Shown: positions 19,994-31,005 of the stretch, one piece after another | Numbering within the stretch: position 1 is the first letter of the stretch | How the letters are laid out: each line of letters starts with the position of its first letter | Source of the DNA: a virus | Virus record (IMG/VR): IMGVR_UViG_3300021131_000003 | Coordinates: 17,659-81,658 of that record | Length of the DNA stretch: 64,000 bases | Strand: one strand, 5' to 3' | The notes under the pieces: generated by a model | The model's input: only the letters and a program-made list of their open reading frames with translations | Told to the model about the DNA's origin: nothing | The model's database searches: none | Made by a program: the position numbers and the translations under genes

Positions 19994-20349
19994 TTAGACA
20001 CCCACTCTTTTTTATCTTCGTTCCAATTATATAGTTTACCGTCATTTGGATACTTTTTAGGGGGAACCCAAGTGCAGGTTTCTTTGTCTAGAGTCCAAGA
20101 CGCGTAAGTTCTAGGCGGTATAAACGCGTCAAGGTCTTTATCATAGGTATACCCTATTCCAGCGTAGTTTTTACGAAAAGGTTTTCCGCCCAGTATGTGA
20201 GCACCTGCTCTAGTGTTATAAGAAGTTTGAACCCAAGTGCCGCCAAGGTTATCAACTAACCACTGGTAACCTTTATCAGGTTCGTTGTCATCACCTATTA
20301 ATACCTGTACTACTACATTGTTTTTATCAATCTCAGCCCAGTGTGCCAT
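19990..20349 (-). CDS. Putative fibre assembly chaperone
   Basis: MAHWAEID.NNVV, WVQTSYN, FRKNYAGIGYTYD...DAFIPP; family commonly found after Gly-rich fibre genes. Confidence 0.7.
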   Translation of the reverse strand: MAHWAEIDKNNVVVQVLIGDDNEPDKGYQWLVDNLGGTWVQTSYNTRAGAHILGGKPFRKNYAGIGYTYDKDLDAFIPPRTYASWTLDKETCTWVPPKKYPNDGKLYNWNEDKKEWVSK

Positions 20350-23054
20350 TACCCACCTACCTGCGAACGAGCGTAACGAACAATAACTAAACCTGAACCA
20401 CCTGTACCAGATGCAGAGTTTGATAGGTACTGAATAGAAGACCCTCCGCCTCCACCGCCAGTATTGGCAAGGCCATTTCCTCCAGCAGCAACAGCAGCAA
20501 AACCGCTTACAGGGTATGTAACGCCTCCGCTACCCCCACCACCAAGGCCTCCAGCTCCAGCGGTAACTCCTTCTCCAGGGCAATTAACGATACCATTAGT
20601 AATAGTTCCTGTAGGCGCGCTAGGCACTACAAATTGGAAAGTTGTTGCGGTAGGGGCAGAAGTGACAATCCAGTTACCGTTAGGCGCATTGCTTCCTGCG
20701 GTAGTTCCATACACACTTATATACTGACCTACGATTAAACCGTGAGCTGCTGGTGTTGTACATGTAATAGTTGTACCAGAATACGTAAATGAGGCAGTAG
20801 GTGTTGCTATAACTGGGGCACCTGTAATAGTTCCTGGGGTTGTTCCGTTAACTGGGGCTACGGGTACTGTAAACGTAAATACTGTTGTAGAGGTTACAGA
20901 AGCAACTGTATATAAACCATTTGGTGAGTTGGTCATCGTTTGTACAAGAGTTGCGGCCCCTGTTTGCATAACATAAACGTATTGACCAGCTGTAAGGCCG
21001 TGAGCGGCTGGAGTTGTTACTGTAATAGTAGTTCCAGAATAAGTCATTGTGGCGCTTTGTAAACCAGAGGCGTACTCAATCAGTGTTTGACTAGCGCCCC
21101 CGCCACCACCACCAAAGTAGTAAGTTCCTCCAGAGTTTTGTCCGTAACCTGTTGCAAGTCCCCATGAAGAATATGCACTTGTTCCAGCTCCGCCAAAACC
21201 TCCTCCTAGAGGACCACCGTTGCCACCTGCAGCGTTAGCTCCACCACCACCTGAACCACCAAAAACACCAATTGCTGAGTCGTAGCCAATTCCGCCATTA
21301 TAGCCTTGACCAGAAGTTCCAGAGCCACCTCGGTTACCCGCACCATTGTGGTTACCACCACCGCCTGAACCGCCATTGCCACCATCTACGCCAACGTTTC
21401 CACCAGAGAGTGTTCCCGTTGGAGTAAGGGTAGCTGTAAATGTAAATTGAGTAGAGGAGTTAATAGCCGTAACTGTCCAAGGGTTAAGGCCTGCATAGTT
21501 GTAAGAAGGCGTTTGTAGTACCGTTGTTGTGCTAGCTGGAAGACTAATTGTTCCAACAGGAGGTGTTGCCACAATTACAGTAAACTGTGTAGTGCTTAGT
21601 ACTTGGTAAACAGTCCAGTTTCCGTTAGGGGCAGCTGAACCGCTAATAGTAGTATTTGCAATTTGAATAGATTGACCAACACTTAAGCCATGAGCAGCCA
21701 CAGTTGTTACAGTTACTACTGCTCCAGAAGAGGTTATAGAGGACACTCCAGACGCTGGAGTAATAACAGCGTTACTTAAACTGTTTGGTGCGTTTGTTCC
21801 TGTAGTAGCAATTCCCACTGTTGTTACTAATGAGCCCACTGCTAAGTTATTTGGGGTAGTTGTTGTTACTGTAATTGTGGTTCCCACGTAAGTAACTGTA
21901 GAAATAGCAAATGATGCGGAGCCTCCACCGTTACCTCCACCTATAGCAGTAAGTCCAGCAAAAGTAGAGTTAGCTCCATTTGATGGGACAGCGCCGCCCG
22001 CACCAACTGTAACAGCAGCACTAGAAGCAATAGTCTGGTTTGGTGAATAAAGAACACCGCCCGCACCGCCGCCACCTGATGTACGGTCAGTGGTATACCC
22101 TCCACCGCCACCGCCAGCAATAGCAAGAACGTCAGCGGTAAGCCCTGGTCCACCGCTAACTGCAAGTGTTCCGTTAGCCGTAAACGTTCTATAGTAGTAA
22201 GTACTATCAGATGTTAGAGTACCACCTGTTACTACGTTACCAGGAGTTACGATTGCGTTAGAAGCTCCACTTGGTATGCCAACACCAATAGAGTTTGTAG
22301 TAGTTGCTGTAAAGGTATAAGAAGTATATTGGTTTAAACCAGATACTGTTATTGGGCTAGTGGTTCCTGTACCTGTGGCACCTCCAGGAGATGCTGTAAC
22401 TGTGTAGCTTATTGGGCTTCCCGAAGATGCGGGGGTAAAGGATACGCTGGCCGTATTGTAAGCTGTTACTGTTGCAAAAAGGTTAGTTGGAGGTGGGGCA
22501 TAAGCAGCGGTAGAGAACGAGGAAGAAGCAATACTTGGATTACTTGAACCAAAGCTGTTATTAGCAACAACAGTAACTGTATAAGCGGTTGCGTTTTCTA
22601 AGTTACTTAAAGTAATAGGTGAAGAAGAACCTGTAGTTAATCTAGGAGAGGATGAAGCTGAAACTGGAGTAGCGGTTACAGTATACGAAGTAATTGCTGA
22701 GTCACCAGAATAAGTTGGAGGTGTAAAAGATATTACAGAACCTTTAACTACGTTAGACGTTCCTGATACGTTTGTTGGAAGACCAGGAACATTTCCGCTT
22801 AACGCTGCACTAGACCAAGATGTACCGTTAAATACCTCAATAGATTTAGTATCAGTGTTAAATCTAACATAACCAGTTTGTGGGTTTGCTGGTCTTTGCG
22901 CAGTAGTACCTGTAGGCAGACCTAAACTTTGGTTTCCTATAAATACTGGGTTTTTAGATATGTCTTGCCCAGAAACGTATAAGCTTCCATCGATGTTTAC
23001 TGAAGACGTCTTTAACGCATCCGAGTACGGGTGATTGTACTTGTTTTCAGCCAT
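20349..23054 (-). CDS. Gly-rich fibre/appendage protein with two Fn3 domains and four FCCH-like beta modules
   Basis: LPTGTTAQRP..GYVRFNT head, Fn3 repeats, GGGGAGG...GGSGLVIVRY, TTxAAHGL.VGQ modules. Confidence 0.8.
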   Translation of the reverse strand: MAENKYNHPYSDALKTSSVNIDGSLYVSGQDISKNPVFIGNQSLGLPTGTTAQRPANPQTGYVRFNTDTKSIEVFNGTSWSSAALSGNVPGLPTNVSGTSNVVKGSVISFTPPTYSGDSAITSYTVTATPVSASSSPRLTTGSSSPITLSNLENATAYTVTVVANNSFGSSNPSIASSSFSTAAYAPPPTNLFATVTAYNTASVSFTPASSGSPISYTVTASPGGATGTGTTSPITVSGLNQYTSYTFTATTTNSIGVGIPSGASNAIVTPGNVVTGGTLTSDSTYYYRTFTANGTLAVSGGPGLTADVLAIAGGGGGGYTTDRTSGGGGAGGVLYSPNQTIASSAAVTVGAGGAVPSNGANSTFAGLTAIGGGNGGGSASFAISTVTYVGTTITVTTTTPNNLAVGSLVTTVGIATTGTNAPNSLSNAVITPASGVSSITSSGAVVTVTTVAAHGLSVGQSIQIANTTISGSAAPNGNWTVYQVLSTTQFTVIVATPPVGTISLPASTTTVLQTPSYNYAGLNPWTVTAINSSTQFTFTATLTPTGTLSGGNVGVDGGNGGSGGGGNHNGAGNRGGSGTSGQGYNGGIGYDSAIGVFGGSGGGGANAAGGNGGPLGGGFGGAGTSAYSSWGLATGYGQNSGGTYYFGGGGGGASQTLIEYASGLQSATMTYSGTTITVTTPAAHGLTAGQYVYVMQTGAATLVQTMTNSPNGLYTVASVTSTTVFTFTVPVAPVNGTTPGTITGAPVIATPTASFTYSGTTITCTTPAAHGLIVGQYISVYGTTAGSNAPNGNWIVTSAPTATTFQFVVPSAPTGTITNGIVNCPGEGVTAGAGGLGGGGSGGVTYPVSGFAAVAAGGNGLANTGGGGGGSSIQYLSNSASGTGGSGLVIVRYARSQVGG

Positions 23055-23066
23055 TTGGCTACTACC

Positions 23067-26000
23067 TTAAGCCTGAGCTTCAGACCAAGCAATACGACCG
23101 AGAACGTTAACGGCGGCGTTACCAACGTTAGTTACTGTAATAGTAAGTACGTCTGGTCCGTCTGGATAGATACCAGCGTTTGAGTAAGGGCTAACTCCGC
23201 CACCCAAGACTGCGTTACCAAGGTCTCGAACTAGTGATAAGTCAAGCGAGCCCGTTGAGTTAGTAAAGAATCCACCAGTGTTTTCACCGCCAGTTACTGA
23301 TGTAATAGAGCCGTTAGCGTTGAGTGCATAATCTGCAATCTGTGCAAGTGAAGAGTTAGTCTTACCCACTACGTTACCTACAGCGTTAGTCCAAGATGTA
23401 GATGTAGTCGCAACTCCGTTAAGTACAGCAGTAACCAGGATGTTAGCTGGGCTGGAAGTAGTTGAGATATCTAGCGCACGAAGGATTAACTGCATACGGT
23501 TAGTAAGTTCACGAGCACCAAATGGAGCAGCTACGCCGTTATCTACAGAAGGAGCAATTCGGATTGAGAACAAAGCCTTAGGTGCGCCTGTAAATGTAAG
23601 TGGTATTGATGAGATAGTGATGGCTTGTGTAACAGTAATCTGAGTACCAGAGACCACAGTTGCTACGTAAGTACCAGCTGGAACACCTGTTCCAGTAACT
23701 AGCATACCTGCAATAATGCTGGTGTTAGAAGCTGCTAGGTTTACTGTAGTAGAGGCTGAAGCTGTACCAGTTGCGGTAGTTGTTGCGTTAACTGGCGCGA
23801 TAGCTGTCTGATAAGTCTGGCCGTAAGTAAAGAGAAGAGACTTATCATCATCGTAACGGCCATCCATGATAACTGATGTACCCCAGTGAGAGATGGATGG
23901 TGCAAATGTAGGCCACCCAAACTCAACTGCTACGGGAGCAGTTGATGAGTATGTAAATGATTGTCCAGATGCAGCACCCATAGGAAGAACAGCCACTGTT
24001 GGGTTATTTGCAGTTACTGCTTGGTTAAGCGTAACTGTAGTTCCAGAGATAGAGGAAATAAATGTTCCATCAAGAATGTTAGCTCCAAATACACGCTGAC
24101 CAACTTGTAGTCCAGAAGTAGAGGACACTGTTGCAATGTTAGAACCAGAGTTAACTGTAAGAGCAAGCGAGGCGTTGCCTGCCTGTCCTCTAGTTAATCC
24201 AGTAAACGTTGTAGAAGTTATTCCTGTGTAGTTAACAAACTCATAAGTAGAGGCGTTACGAATGCAAAGAGTTCCAGATGATGGGAAGTTTGCAGTGCTT
24301 GCTACAGTAATGCTTGAATCTGTTGAGCCTACTGAAGATGTGATGTATGTAGTAGGTGGGATTGTAGAAGTCTCATAACGTCCTGGAAGGTTACCTGAGC
24401 GCATGTAGGCTTCAGTGTTAACGTTGTTGTTCATCATACGGTGGCAGTAGGTAACGTCTCCACGTGAGCCACGAAGACCCCAGCGGACAAAACCAGCGCC
24501 GTACCAAGTAAAGTCGATGTAGAACATCTGCATGTTTGCAAGGTTAAGGGTATAACCAGAAGGTCCAGTTCCGTCCATCTTGTCAATGTTCCACTGAGAT
24601 TGAGGAATCTTAGTATCTACTGTACGTGAAAGAACTACATAGCTTGATGAAGCTCCACGATATGAAGGACTGATTGTAAGCGAGGTGTCAGATGCAATAT
24701 CGGTTACGCGATAAGACTGTCCGCGAAGAACGATGTAATCGCCAACAACTAGCTGTTTAGAAAATACTGTAGGGAATGATGAGTTTGTCTGCGTAACTGT
24801 ATTTGAGCCCTGAGTTACGGTTACCTTACCTGCTACTTGGAAAGTAGAGTTACGACGTACTGCGTAGATGTTGTTACCGTCGTACTCAAAGAATAAACCG
24901 TTCTGCTGGTCAAAGATACCGAGGCGGCCTACGGCACCATTCCAGTTAAGTACCGAGATGTTAAACGCACCAGAGGCTGTAGAGGCTGAAGGTGTTGTTA
25001 ATGCTGTATAGGTAAAGGTGTTATAGCCAGTTACTGAAGTAACTGTATAAGTTCCATTGTATGCAGATTCATTAGCTCCGTAAACAAGAATGGTAGAGCC
25101 AGGGTTAATGTTGTGCTTTTCCTTTGTTTGCGCGGTAATAGTTGTACCAGACGCTGTCAAAGAATCAAGAGAGGTATAAGGCTTAAGAACAGTACCAGAG
25201 GACATCTGGATGCCCTTACCTGACTGGTATCGGAAGTAACGTCGAGTTTGACGGATTGCAGATTCAAAATTAGATTGAGCGTTGCTAGAAAAAAGAACTC
25301 CGCCATCAAATGCACGGTGTAGGAACTGAGCCTGTGGGCGCATGTAAACCGCAGCTCCAGAGTACACAATAGTTCCTGTTGGTGTGTTTAAGGTGTAGTA
25401 AGAGAATGTGGTGTTGTTTGTAATCGTTGCTACAACAAAAGAACCATTTGGTGCGTTAGTAGAGGCGGTAAGACCTGTAACAGCAATTTCATTACCAAGT
25501 GAAAGGCCGTGAGGGACAGAAGTTGTAACAGTCACTACGTTACCTGAGTATGTAACAGAGGTAGGAGCTGTTCCAATCTGAGCTCCTGTATATAGGGTAC
25601 CGAAGTAGATAGCGGTTTTGTTAGTATCAAAAACTGAAGTGATAGAGGTAGTGTTTACTGCTCTAGCTGTATAGGTAAAAGTAGTTGTGCTTGGGATTGT
25701 TTCAATAACAAAGTTACCGTTAGCAAGGGATAGGTAACAGTCTTGAACGGTGATAGGGGTTACGTTTGTAGGGATTGTGCCAGTCGCTGCAATACCGTGA
25801 GCTGTTGAAGTTGTAACAGTCACAGTACGACCGCCGTTTGCGATTTGGATATCTGAGATGTTAGAAAGAGGCGCTGATGACTGAAATGCAAATGGGCGAT
25901 TATCAATAAGAGCAAGGTTTTCCCACTTAGAAATCTGGGTACCATATTCAAAGTCGGTATCAATCAAAGCCTGTGGCTGAGATACGCGGAACTTGTTAGT

Positions 26001-26318
26001 TGGGTCAGTTTGGGTTTCAGCTGGCTGGAAGGACTCGTTGTACTCGTCTATTGTAATCTGCAACTTATCAGTGGCTGACATAGCTGAAGTGTTGTAGTTA
26101 AGTACGATGGTTGTGTATTCACTGTAGTCGGTTGAGCTTGTTGCGATTGAGTACGAGGTTGCACTAAGCGATGGGTCAGAGAAGTTATAGATAACTTTAT
26201 TTTTGGTTACGTTAGTAATTAAGACAAGGCGCTCCTGCAAAACGGCGCGTGGGATAACAATAGTTCTAGTAGAAGGCGTAAAGGTGTACGCGGTCTGAAG
26301 GATTACTTTTCTTGCCAT
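23067..26318 (-). CDS. Large virion structural (fibre/baseplate-associated) protein
   Basis: YTFTPS..LITNVT..IYNFSD N-terminus; LIDTDFEYG; RQTRRYFRYQSGKG; HGL modules. Confidence 0.75.
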   Translation of the reverse strand: MARKVILQTAYTFTPSTRTIVIPRAVLQERLVLITNVTKNKVIYNFSDPSLSATSYSIATSSTDYSEYTTIVLNYNTSAMSATDKLQITIDEYNESFQPAETQTDPTNKFRVSQPQALIDTDFEYGTQISKWENLALIDNRPFAFQSSAPLSNISDIQIANGGRTVTVTTSTAHGIAATGTIPTNVTPITVQDCYLSLANGNFVIETIPSTTTFTYTARAVNTTSITSVFDTNKTAIYFGTLYTGAQIGTAPTSVTYSGNVVTVTTSVPHGLSLGNEIAVTGLTASTNAPNGSFVVATITNNTTFSYYTLNTPTGTIVYSGAAVYMRPQAQFLHRAFDGGVLFSSNAQSNFESAIRQTRRYFRYQSGKGIQMSSGTVLKPYTSLDSLTASGTTITAQTKEKHNINPGSTILVYGANESAYNGTYTVTSVTGYNTFTYTALTTPSASTASGAFNISVLNWNGAVGRLGIFDQQNGLFFEYDGNNIYAVRRNSTFQVAGKVTVTQGSNTVTQTNSSFPTVFSKQLVVGDYIVLRGQSYRVTDIASDTSLTISPSYRGASSSYVVLSRTVDTKIPQSQWNIDKMDGTGPSGYTLNLANMQMFYIDFTWYGAGFVRWGLRGSRGDVTYCHRMMNNNVNTEAYMRSGNLPGRYETSTIPPTTYITSSVGSTDSSITVASTANFPSSGTLCIRNASTYEFVNYTGITSTTFTGLTRGQAGNASLALTVNSGSNIATVSSTSGLQVGQRVFGANILDGTFISSISGTTVTLNQAVTANNPTVAVLPMGAASGQSFTYSSTAPVAVEFGWPTFAPSISHWGTSVIMDGRYDDDKSLLFTYGQTYQTAIAPVNATTTATGTASASTTVNLAASNTSIIAGMLVTGTGVPAGTYVATVVSGTQITVTQAITISSIPLTFTGAPKALFSIRIAPSVDNGVAAPFGARELTNRMQLILRALDISTTSSPANILVTAVLNGVATTSTSWTNAVGNVVGKTNSSLAQIADYALNANGSITSVTGGENTGGFFTNSTGSLDLSLVRDLGNAVLGGGVSPYSNAGIYPDGPDVLTITVTNVGNAAVNVLGRIAWSEAQA

Positions 26319-27155
26319 TTACGCTCCTAGTAAGATATCTACTGCCTTGAAGGGGTAGGTTGGGTAGTTAATTACGTTCGAGCCTGGTTGGACTAGACCG
26401 TAAAAGGTTGACCCTGCTGGAGGAACTTCAGAGAAGGTTATGTACCCGTCCGAGTCCACCATAAAGCCATCCATCGGCATGCCTGATTGCCAGACATACT
26501 CAGGAAAGCTTACTGTTTGAATAATACCATTTATTGTAATTAAAATACGCAAAGGGTTGGTAATACTTATTCTGGACCCTTGGTAAGTAGGGTAAAAACG
26601 GTTTTCAATACCATCAAACTGGTAGTAGAGGTTGTCTAGCGGGACGATTGTGTAGTCCTGCCAGCTCATACCTACAGTAGCTGTTGAGTCTGCAGCAAGG
26701 ATAGTTCCGTCTGCGCCTACGTTTAATACCTGAGCTACGTTGGCGATAACACCTACGCTAAGGTCGCCCTTAGCTGTGGGTTGGGCAGAGCCAGTGGTGT
26801 TGATGCTTAGAGTGTTATAAGAGATTACGTCTACTACATCTCCAAAGAGAAGAGCGGACGCAAAAGTAATTGAGCTCTGGGTAGTTGCGGTGTAGTCGTT
26901 ACCGCGAACCATGAGGACACCATTTAGGTATACCTCTTCATTACCGACTACATAAGAAAGCGTGGTTGTGGTATTGGTTCCTGTGTTGGCTACCCCAGAG
27001 AGTACTGTTTCTCCGCCCGCGGCAAGGTAAGACCAACGAGTCTGGTTAGCTCCGCCTAATACTAGGTTCCAGCTTGTTCCATCCCAGGTCCACTGACGAC
27101 CTGAATAGTAGATAGAGGCGCCAAGGGCGGGGGATGCAGGAAATTGAATAGCCAT
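26319..27155 (-). CDS. Virion structural protein
   Basis: IQFPASP..W.WDG..W; VYLNGV...DY beta module. Confidence 0.7.
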   Translation of the reverse strand: MAIQFPASPALGASIYYSGRQWTWDGTSWNLVLGGANQTRWSYLAAGGETVLSGVANTGTNTTTTLSYVVGNEEVYLNGVLMVRGNDYTATTQSSITFASALLFGDVVDVISYNTLSINTTGSAQPTAKGDLSVGVIANVAQVLNVGADGTILAADSTATVGMSWQDYTIVPLDNLYYQFDGIENRFYPTYQGSRISITNPLRILITINGIIQTVSFPEYVWQSGMPMDGFMVDSDGYITFSEVPPAGSTFYGLVQPGSNVINYPTYPFKAVDILLGA

Positions 27156-28738
27156 TAGTACGATGGTATTCCGTATTTAGACGCTAGGTACGCTTCAACT
27201 TGTTGATACTCAGTGGAAGACAATGTTCTGTTAAACCATATCATTTCCGCTACGTCAGCGTATGAAGCTTCAGCTCCACCAGAGAAGTTATTAATGCAAG
27301 GTGTACTGCCTGATGTAAAAGTTCCGCTATTTGCAGTGTGGCTAATACCATTAGAGCGGTATAGGTTATTTTGGTCTGTTGAGTAAATCCAAGGCCCTCC
27401 ACCAGCAGTTGCTGTATACGTAAATTGGGAGGTCGGACCTACCAGCCAGTTTTGGTGAAACGCCACGCCTACCACACCGCCCCAAAAACCAGATAGCCAG
27501 TTATATGTACTATCAGTAAAGATACGGGCTTGAACGCTGCTGTCATATCGAGCTACGTGGAAGAATGTGTAAGCGGCTGAAGAGCTGCTTACTGCTATAC
27601 CCATAGTGCTAAGAGTTGGTAATTGAATTTTAGTTGAGGTTGGTATGTAAACATAATTAAAAGTTCTAGATGCCCCGTAAAGAGAGTTAGACCCAGTAAA
27701 CACGTTTTGTATACTCATACTACCTACGTTAGTTATGTTGCTTCCTAAAATGTGTCTAGCATTTCCAGACAAGTCATTCCATTGTGTTCCATTAAATGAA
27801 TCTGCAGTAAACCAAGCTGCAAGTCCAGAGGTAACTGGAAGAGAAGTTTGAGTGGTTATAGAAGCAGCAAGGTTAGTTGAGTTTCCTCCAGAATCCGTAG
27901 CTGTAAGCGTAAAGTTATAAGTTTGAGAGCTGCCACTCGGGTTTCCGCTAATAACTCCTGTAGCAGCGTTAAATGAAAGTCCCGTAGGTAGAGAACCACC
28001 TGTTAATGAATAAGTAACAGCGGAACCTCCATCGGCATCAGTTGCTGATACAGAATACAAATACGTACTAATACCAGGATAAGCATTTGGAAGCGGGCTT
28101 GTTGTTACCCATACTGGGTTGACACCTGCGCTAATTGTGGGACTTGCAAGAATATGAGAGTTGGTGCCTATTGGGGCGTTTACCCCTGGATTGGTAGCTG
28201 TTAATGTGTAAGGGGAATACGCAACTGGAAAAGTATCTGGTCGTGTAACAATAGCTGAGTTAGGCGAACCTACAACAACAGATTTAGCTGAACGTGATAC
28301 TAAGTCCGAACCAGTAAAAGTAACAGACATTCCATTATTAAAGTTTAAACCAGTTAAAGTTAAAGAATTATTAATGTTTGCAAGGGTTGTTGGGGTAGCT
28401 CCTGTTAGCACAGGGGCCGCTCCTGTTTCAGTAGTTTCTGCGGCTGTAGTAAATGTAGTCTTATAAGAAAAACTAAGAAGGTCACCAACGGTTCCTCCAA
28501 GAACCACTAGCTTATTAAAACCGCCTGTAGCAGTAAATGATTTAGTCCCTGTATAGCCAACAAGGGTACCAAGAGAGTTATAACCGTAAATATCAATACT
28601 TGTATCGTTAGCTGCAGATGTAATACTGTAAGAGCCTGACGGATATTCTTTATCAAATGTAACTGTAGAATAAGTAGAAACAATGTTTACGTTAAAGTCA
28701 TTAGCATTAGAAGATGAAGTAAATTTAGAAACAGCCAT
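27155..28738 (-). CDS. IPT + Ig (He_PIG) + LamG-like lectin domain protein
   Basis: LTLTGLNF; GSLPTGLSF...G.ISG.P; W.DLSGN.RH...E.IWFNR.LS..E..QVE.YL..KYG. Confidence 0.8.
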   Translation of the reverse strand: MAVSKFTSSSNANDFNVNIVSTYSTVTFDKEYPSGSYSITSAANDTSIDIYGYNSLGTLVGYTGTKSFTATGGFNKLVVLGGTVGDLLSFSYKTTFTTAAETTETGAAPVLTGATPTTLANINNSLTLTGLNFNNGMSVTFTGSDLVSRSAKSVVVGSPNSAIVTRPDTFPVAYSPYTLTATNPGVNAPIGTNSHILASPTISAGVNPVWVTTSPLPNAYPGISTYLYSVSATDADGGSAVTYSLTGGSLPTGLSFNAATGVISGNPSGSSQTYNFTLTATDSGGNSTNLAASITTQTSLPVTSGLAAWFTADSFNGTQWNDLSGNARHILGSNITNVGSMSIQNVFTGSNSLYGASRTFNYVYIPTSTKIQLPTLSTMGIAVSSSSAAYTFFHVARYDSSVQARIFTDSTYNWLSGFWGGVVGVAFHQNWLVGPTSQFTYTATAGGGPWIYSTDQNNLYRSNGISHTANSGTFTSGSTPCINNFSGGAEASYADVAEMIWFNRTLSSTEYQQVEAYLASKYGIPSY

Positions 28739-29067
28739 TATGCAAGCTCCGTACCGTACAAGTTATAAGCAACACCTTGAGTTGTGTTATAAACGTAGAT
28801 GGTTGCTCCCGCTTCTAGCGTAATACCAACAGTGATAAAGTTAGTATCATTTCCAGCTACCTTAGAGTCGTAGGCAATGTAAGAAGCGCTTCCTAAAGTA
28901 CCTCCGCTTGGTACTGTAGCAATACGGAATGTAAGTTGTGAGCCTGTTGTGTTACAGACAGCAATGGTGGAAATAACCGCAGACTTACCAGCCCCAACTG
29001 TGTAAAGAGCGGTGCTTGTTGCTGCCGATGGATAGGCTTGGGCCAGAATCTTCATTGTAGCTGCCAC
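28738..29067 (-). CDS. Small structural protein
   Basis: KILAQ..P...LYTV...ISTIAVCN...GITL. Confidence 0.7.
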   Translation of the reverse strand: MAATMKILAQAYPSAATSTALYTVGAGKSAVISTIAVCNTTGSQLTFRIATVPSGGTLGSASYIAYDSKVAGNDTNFITVGITLEAGATIYVYNTTQGVAYNLYGTELA

Positions 29068-29068
29068 G

Positions 29069-29419
29069 TTATGCCCCCATCGTTAAGAAGTTATAGGCAA
29101 GAACAGTTGCTGGGTCTAAAGTTGCAGAGCTACCAGAACCGCTTCCCGCACCAATTTCTAACCAGTAATTATTATAGTAAACAAAAGTCTGTCCTGTATT
29201 GGAATCAAACCACAAAGAACCAGAGATAACAGTTGGACCTGTAGGTGGTGTTGCTGAGACAGTTACGCCTCCGCCAGAACCTACGGCATTCCACAGAGTT
29301 CCGTTATAAACCTTAACTTGATTAAGTACCGTATTAAAGTAAAGGTCACCAGCGGCGGCAGAAACAGGGTCACTTGCCGCGCTAACTAGGTTAAGGCTGG
29401 CTAATACGCGAACTGACAT
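29069..29419 (-). CDS. Short fibre-segment protein
   Basis: GDLYFNT..KVYNG..W; GSLWFDSNTG. Confidence 0.7.
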   Translation of the reverse strand: MSVRVLASLNLVSAASDPVSAAAGDLYFNTVLNQVKVYNGTLWNAVGSGGGVTVSATPPTGPTVISGSLWFDSNTGQTFVYYNNYWLEIGAGSGSGSSATLDPATVLAYNFLTMGA

Positions 29420-29422
29420 TTA

Positions 29423-30994
29423 CTATCCTATTACTACGACGTTATATGCGTTTACTCCTGGTGCTGTAGCAAAGGATACCGTAACAGTATTAACAGTTGA
29501 ATTCACCACGTCGGTGAATACCTGAGCATATGTCGAAGCGTCAAAGATAGTAACTTGTACAAATCTTGTATTGAGATTGTGGGTAACTGTATAGGAAGTA
29601 GTAGAGCCATCACCGATTGTGGTTGTGTATTTGCGGGCTACTACGTCAGTATTGATAGCTACCTGGTTAGTGGTAGCCGCTCCCGCGGCTCCCTGACCAG
29701 AGATAGTGATACCAAGACCTGGAGTTACCGCCAAACCTGTAGAGGTTGTATTAAGACCTGAAGTACCTGGTAGGAGGATTAATGAACCAGATGAGCTGGT
29801 TGTAAGACCGCCAGTGCTGGTTGGGTTGAGGGCAAGACCATTTACGTCTGTCTTCAAACCTGAGGTAGTTGGAAGAAGTACTGCCGCACCTGTTGTGCCT
29901 GTTTGCAAACCACCTGTTGAAAGTGGGTTAAAGGTAAAGTTGTTACCTGAAAGAGTTACGCCGTTAGACGCTGTATAGGTACCAGCACCAGAGAACTGGC
30001 TGAAGACGATAGCGTCTGTGCCAATCTTAATACCGTTAAGTGGTGTTGTAGAGGTACCTGTTGCGGTTTGTACCCAACCACTTGACTGGTTAAGGGTTCC
30101 AGAAGATACGAATACAAAGTCACCAGCAACAACTTCACCAGCAACAACTCCGTTATCAGAGTCAACAGCACGTGTAAGGACTGCGCTTACTCCAGTTGTA
30201 CCCGCAGTTGTTACTACATAGATACCGTTTTGAAGAGCAGTTGTTTGATTCTTTACAAGGATGCGGTCGTTAGCTGCAACAACTTGGCCGTCAATAGAAA
30301 GCGCACCTGTAGCTGTAATAGTAAGCGTTGCGCCTACACCAAGACCGCCGTCTTGGCCAGCAGTTCCGTTTGCGTATGTAGCAACAAGGTTTGCAGTAGT
30401 TGCAAGACGAACGCTACCGTGAACGTTAAGGCCTTGAGCAGTGGTGTCTACATAGTTCTTGTTAGCAGCGTCTGTTCCAGATACTGGAGTTGCAACGTTA
30501 GTGACTTTATAGCCACCCATTGAGTAGTCGCCAGTTGCGGCAGCTAAAGCGTTAAGGTGAATGCTTCCATGGTCTGCGTCTGTGTGACGGTGAACGTGGT
30601 CAGCGCGAGAAACTTTAAGTGATGTACCTTGTGCGTTAGCTGAGCCAAGCGCAGCCATATCCGCAGTAAGGCCGTAAGGCATAACTGGAATCCAGTTAGA
30701 GGAGTTTGTAGTTCCATTAGATACGTAGACAACGCTATTGGTGAGGTCCAAGTACATTGAACCTGTAGACATAGGCGTAGACGCTGGTGCGCCTGAACCT
30801 GTAGCAACTCCACCTACTGGAGCCCAGCCAGTACCTTCATAGACTTTAAGCTGATTAACTGTGTTGTCATAAACAATCTGACCAGTGACTGGAGCGCCGA
30901 TGGCGTTAATCTGGGTGCTGGAGAGATTTTGGATTCGGGCATTCTGAAGCTCAAGCTGATTAAGGTTAATCGGCGTTAAGAAACTACGTGACAT
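29423..30994 (-). CDS. Tail fibre-like protein
   Basis: SRADHVH, DAANKNYVD, NDRILVKNQ...NGIYVV, VTHNLN. Confidence 0.8.
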   Translation of the reverse strand: MSRSFLTPINLNQLELQNARIQNLSSTQINAIGAPVTGQIVYDNTVNQLKVYEGTGWAPVGGVATGSGAPASTPMSTGSMYLDLTNSVVYVSNGTTNSSNWIPVMPYGLTADMAALGSANAQGTSLKVSRADHVHRHTDADHGSIHLNALAAATGDYSMGGYKVTNVATPVSGTDAANKNYVDTTAQGLNVHGSVRLATTANLVATYANGTAGQDGGLGVGATLTITATGALSIDGQVVAANDRILVKNQTTALQNGIYVVTTAGTTGVSAVLTRAVDSDNGVVAGEVVAGDFVFVSSGTLNQSSGWVQTATGTSTTPLNGIKIGTDAIVFSQFSGAGTYTASNGVTLSGNNFTFNPLSTGGLQTGTTGAAVLLPTTSGLKTDVNGLALNPTSTGGLTTSSSGSLILLPGTSGLNTTSTGLAVTPGLGITISGQGAAGAATTNQVAINTDVVARKYTTTIGDGSTTSYTVTHNLNTRFVQVTIFDASTYAQVFTDVVNSTVNTVTVSFATAPGVNAYNVVVIG

Positions 30995-31005
30995 TCACTC
31001 TCTCC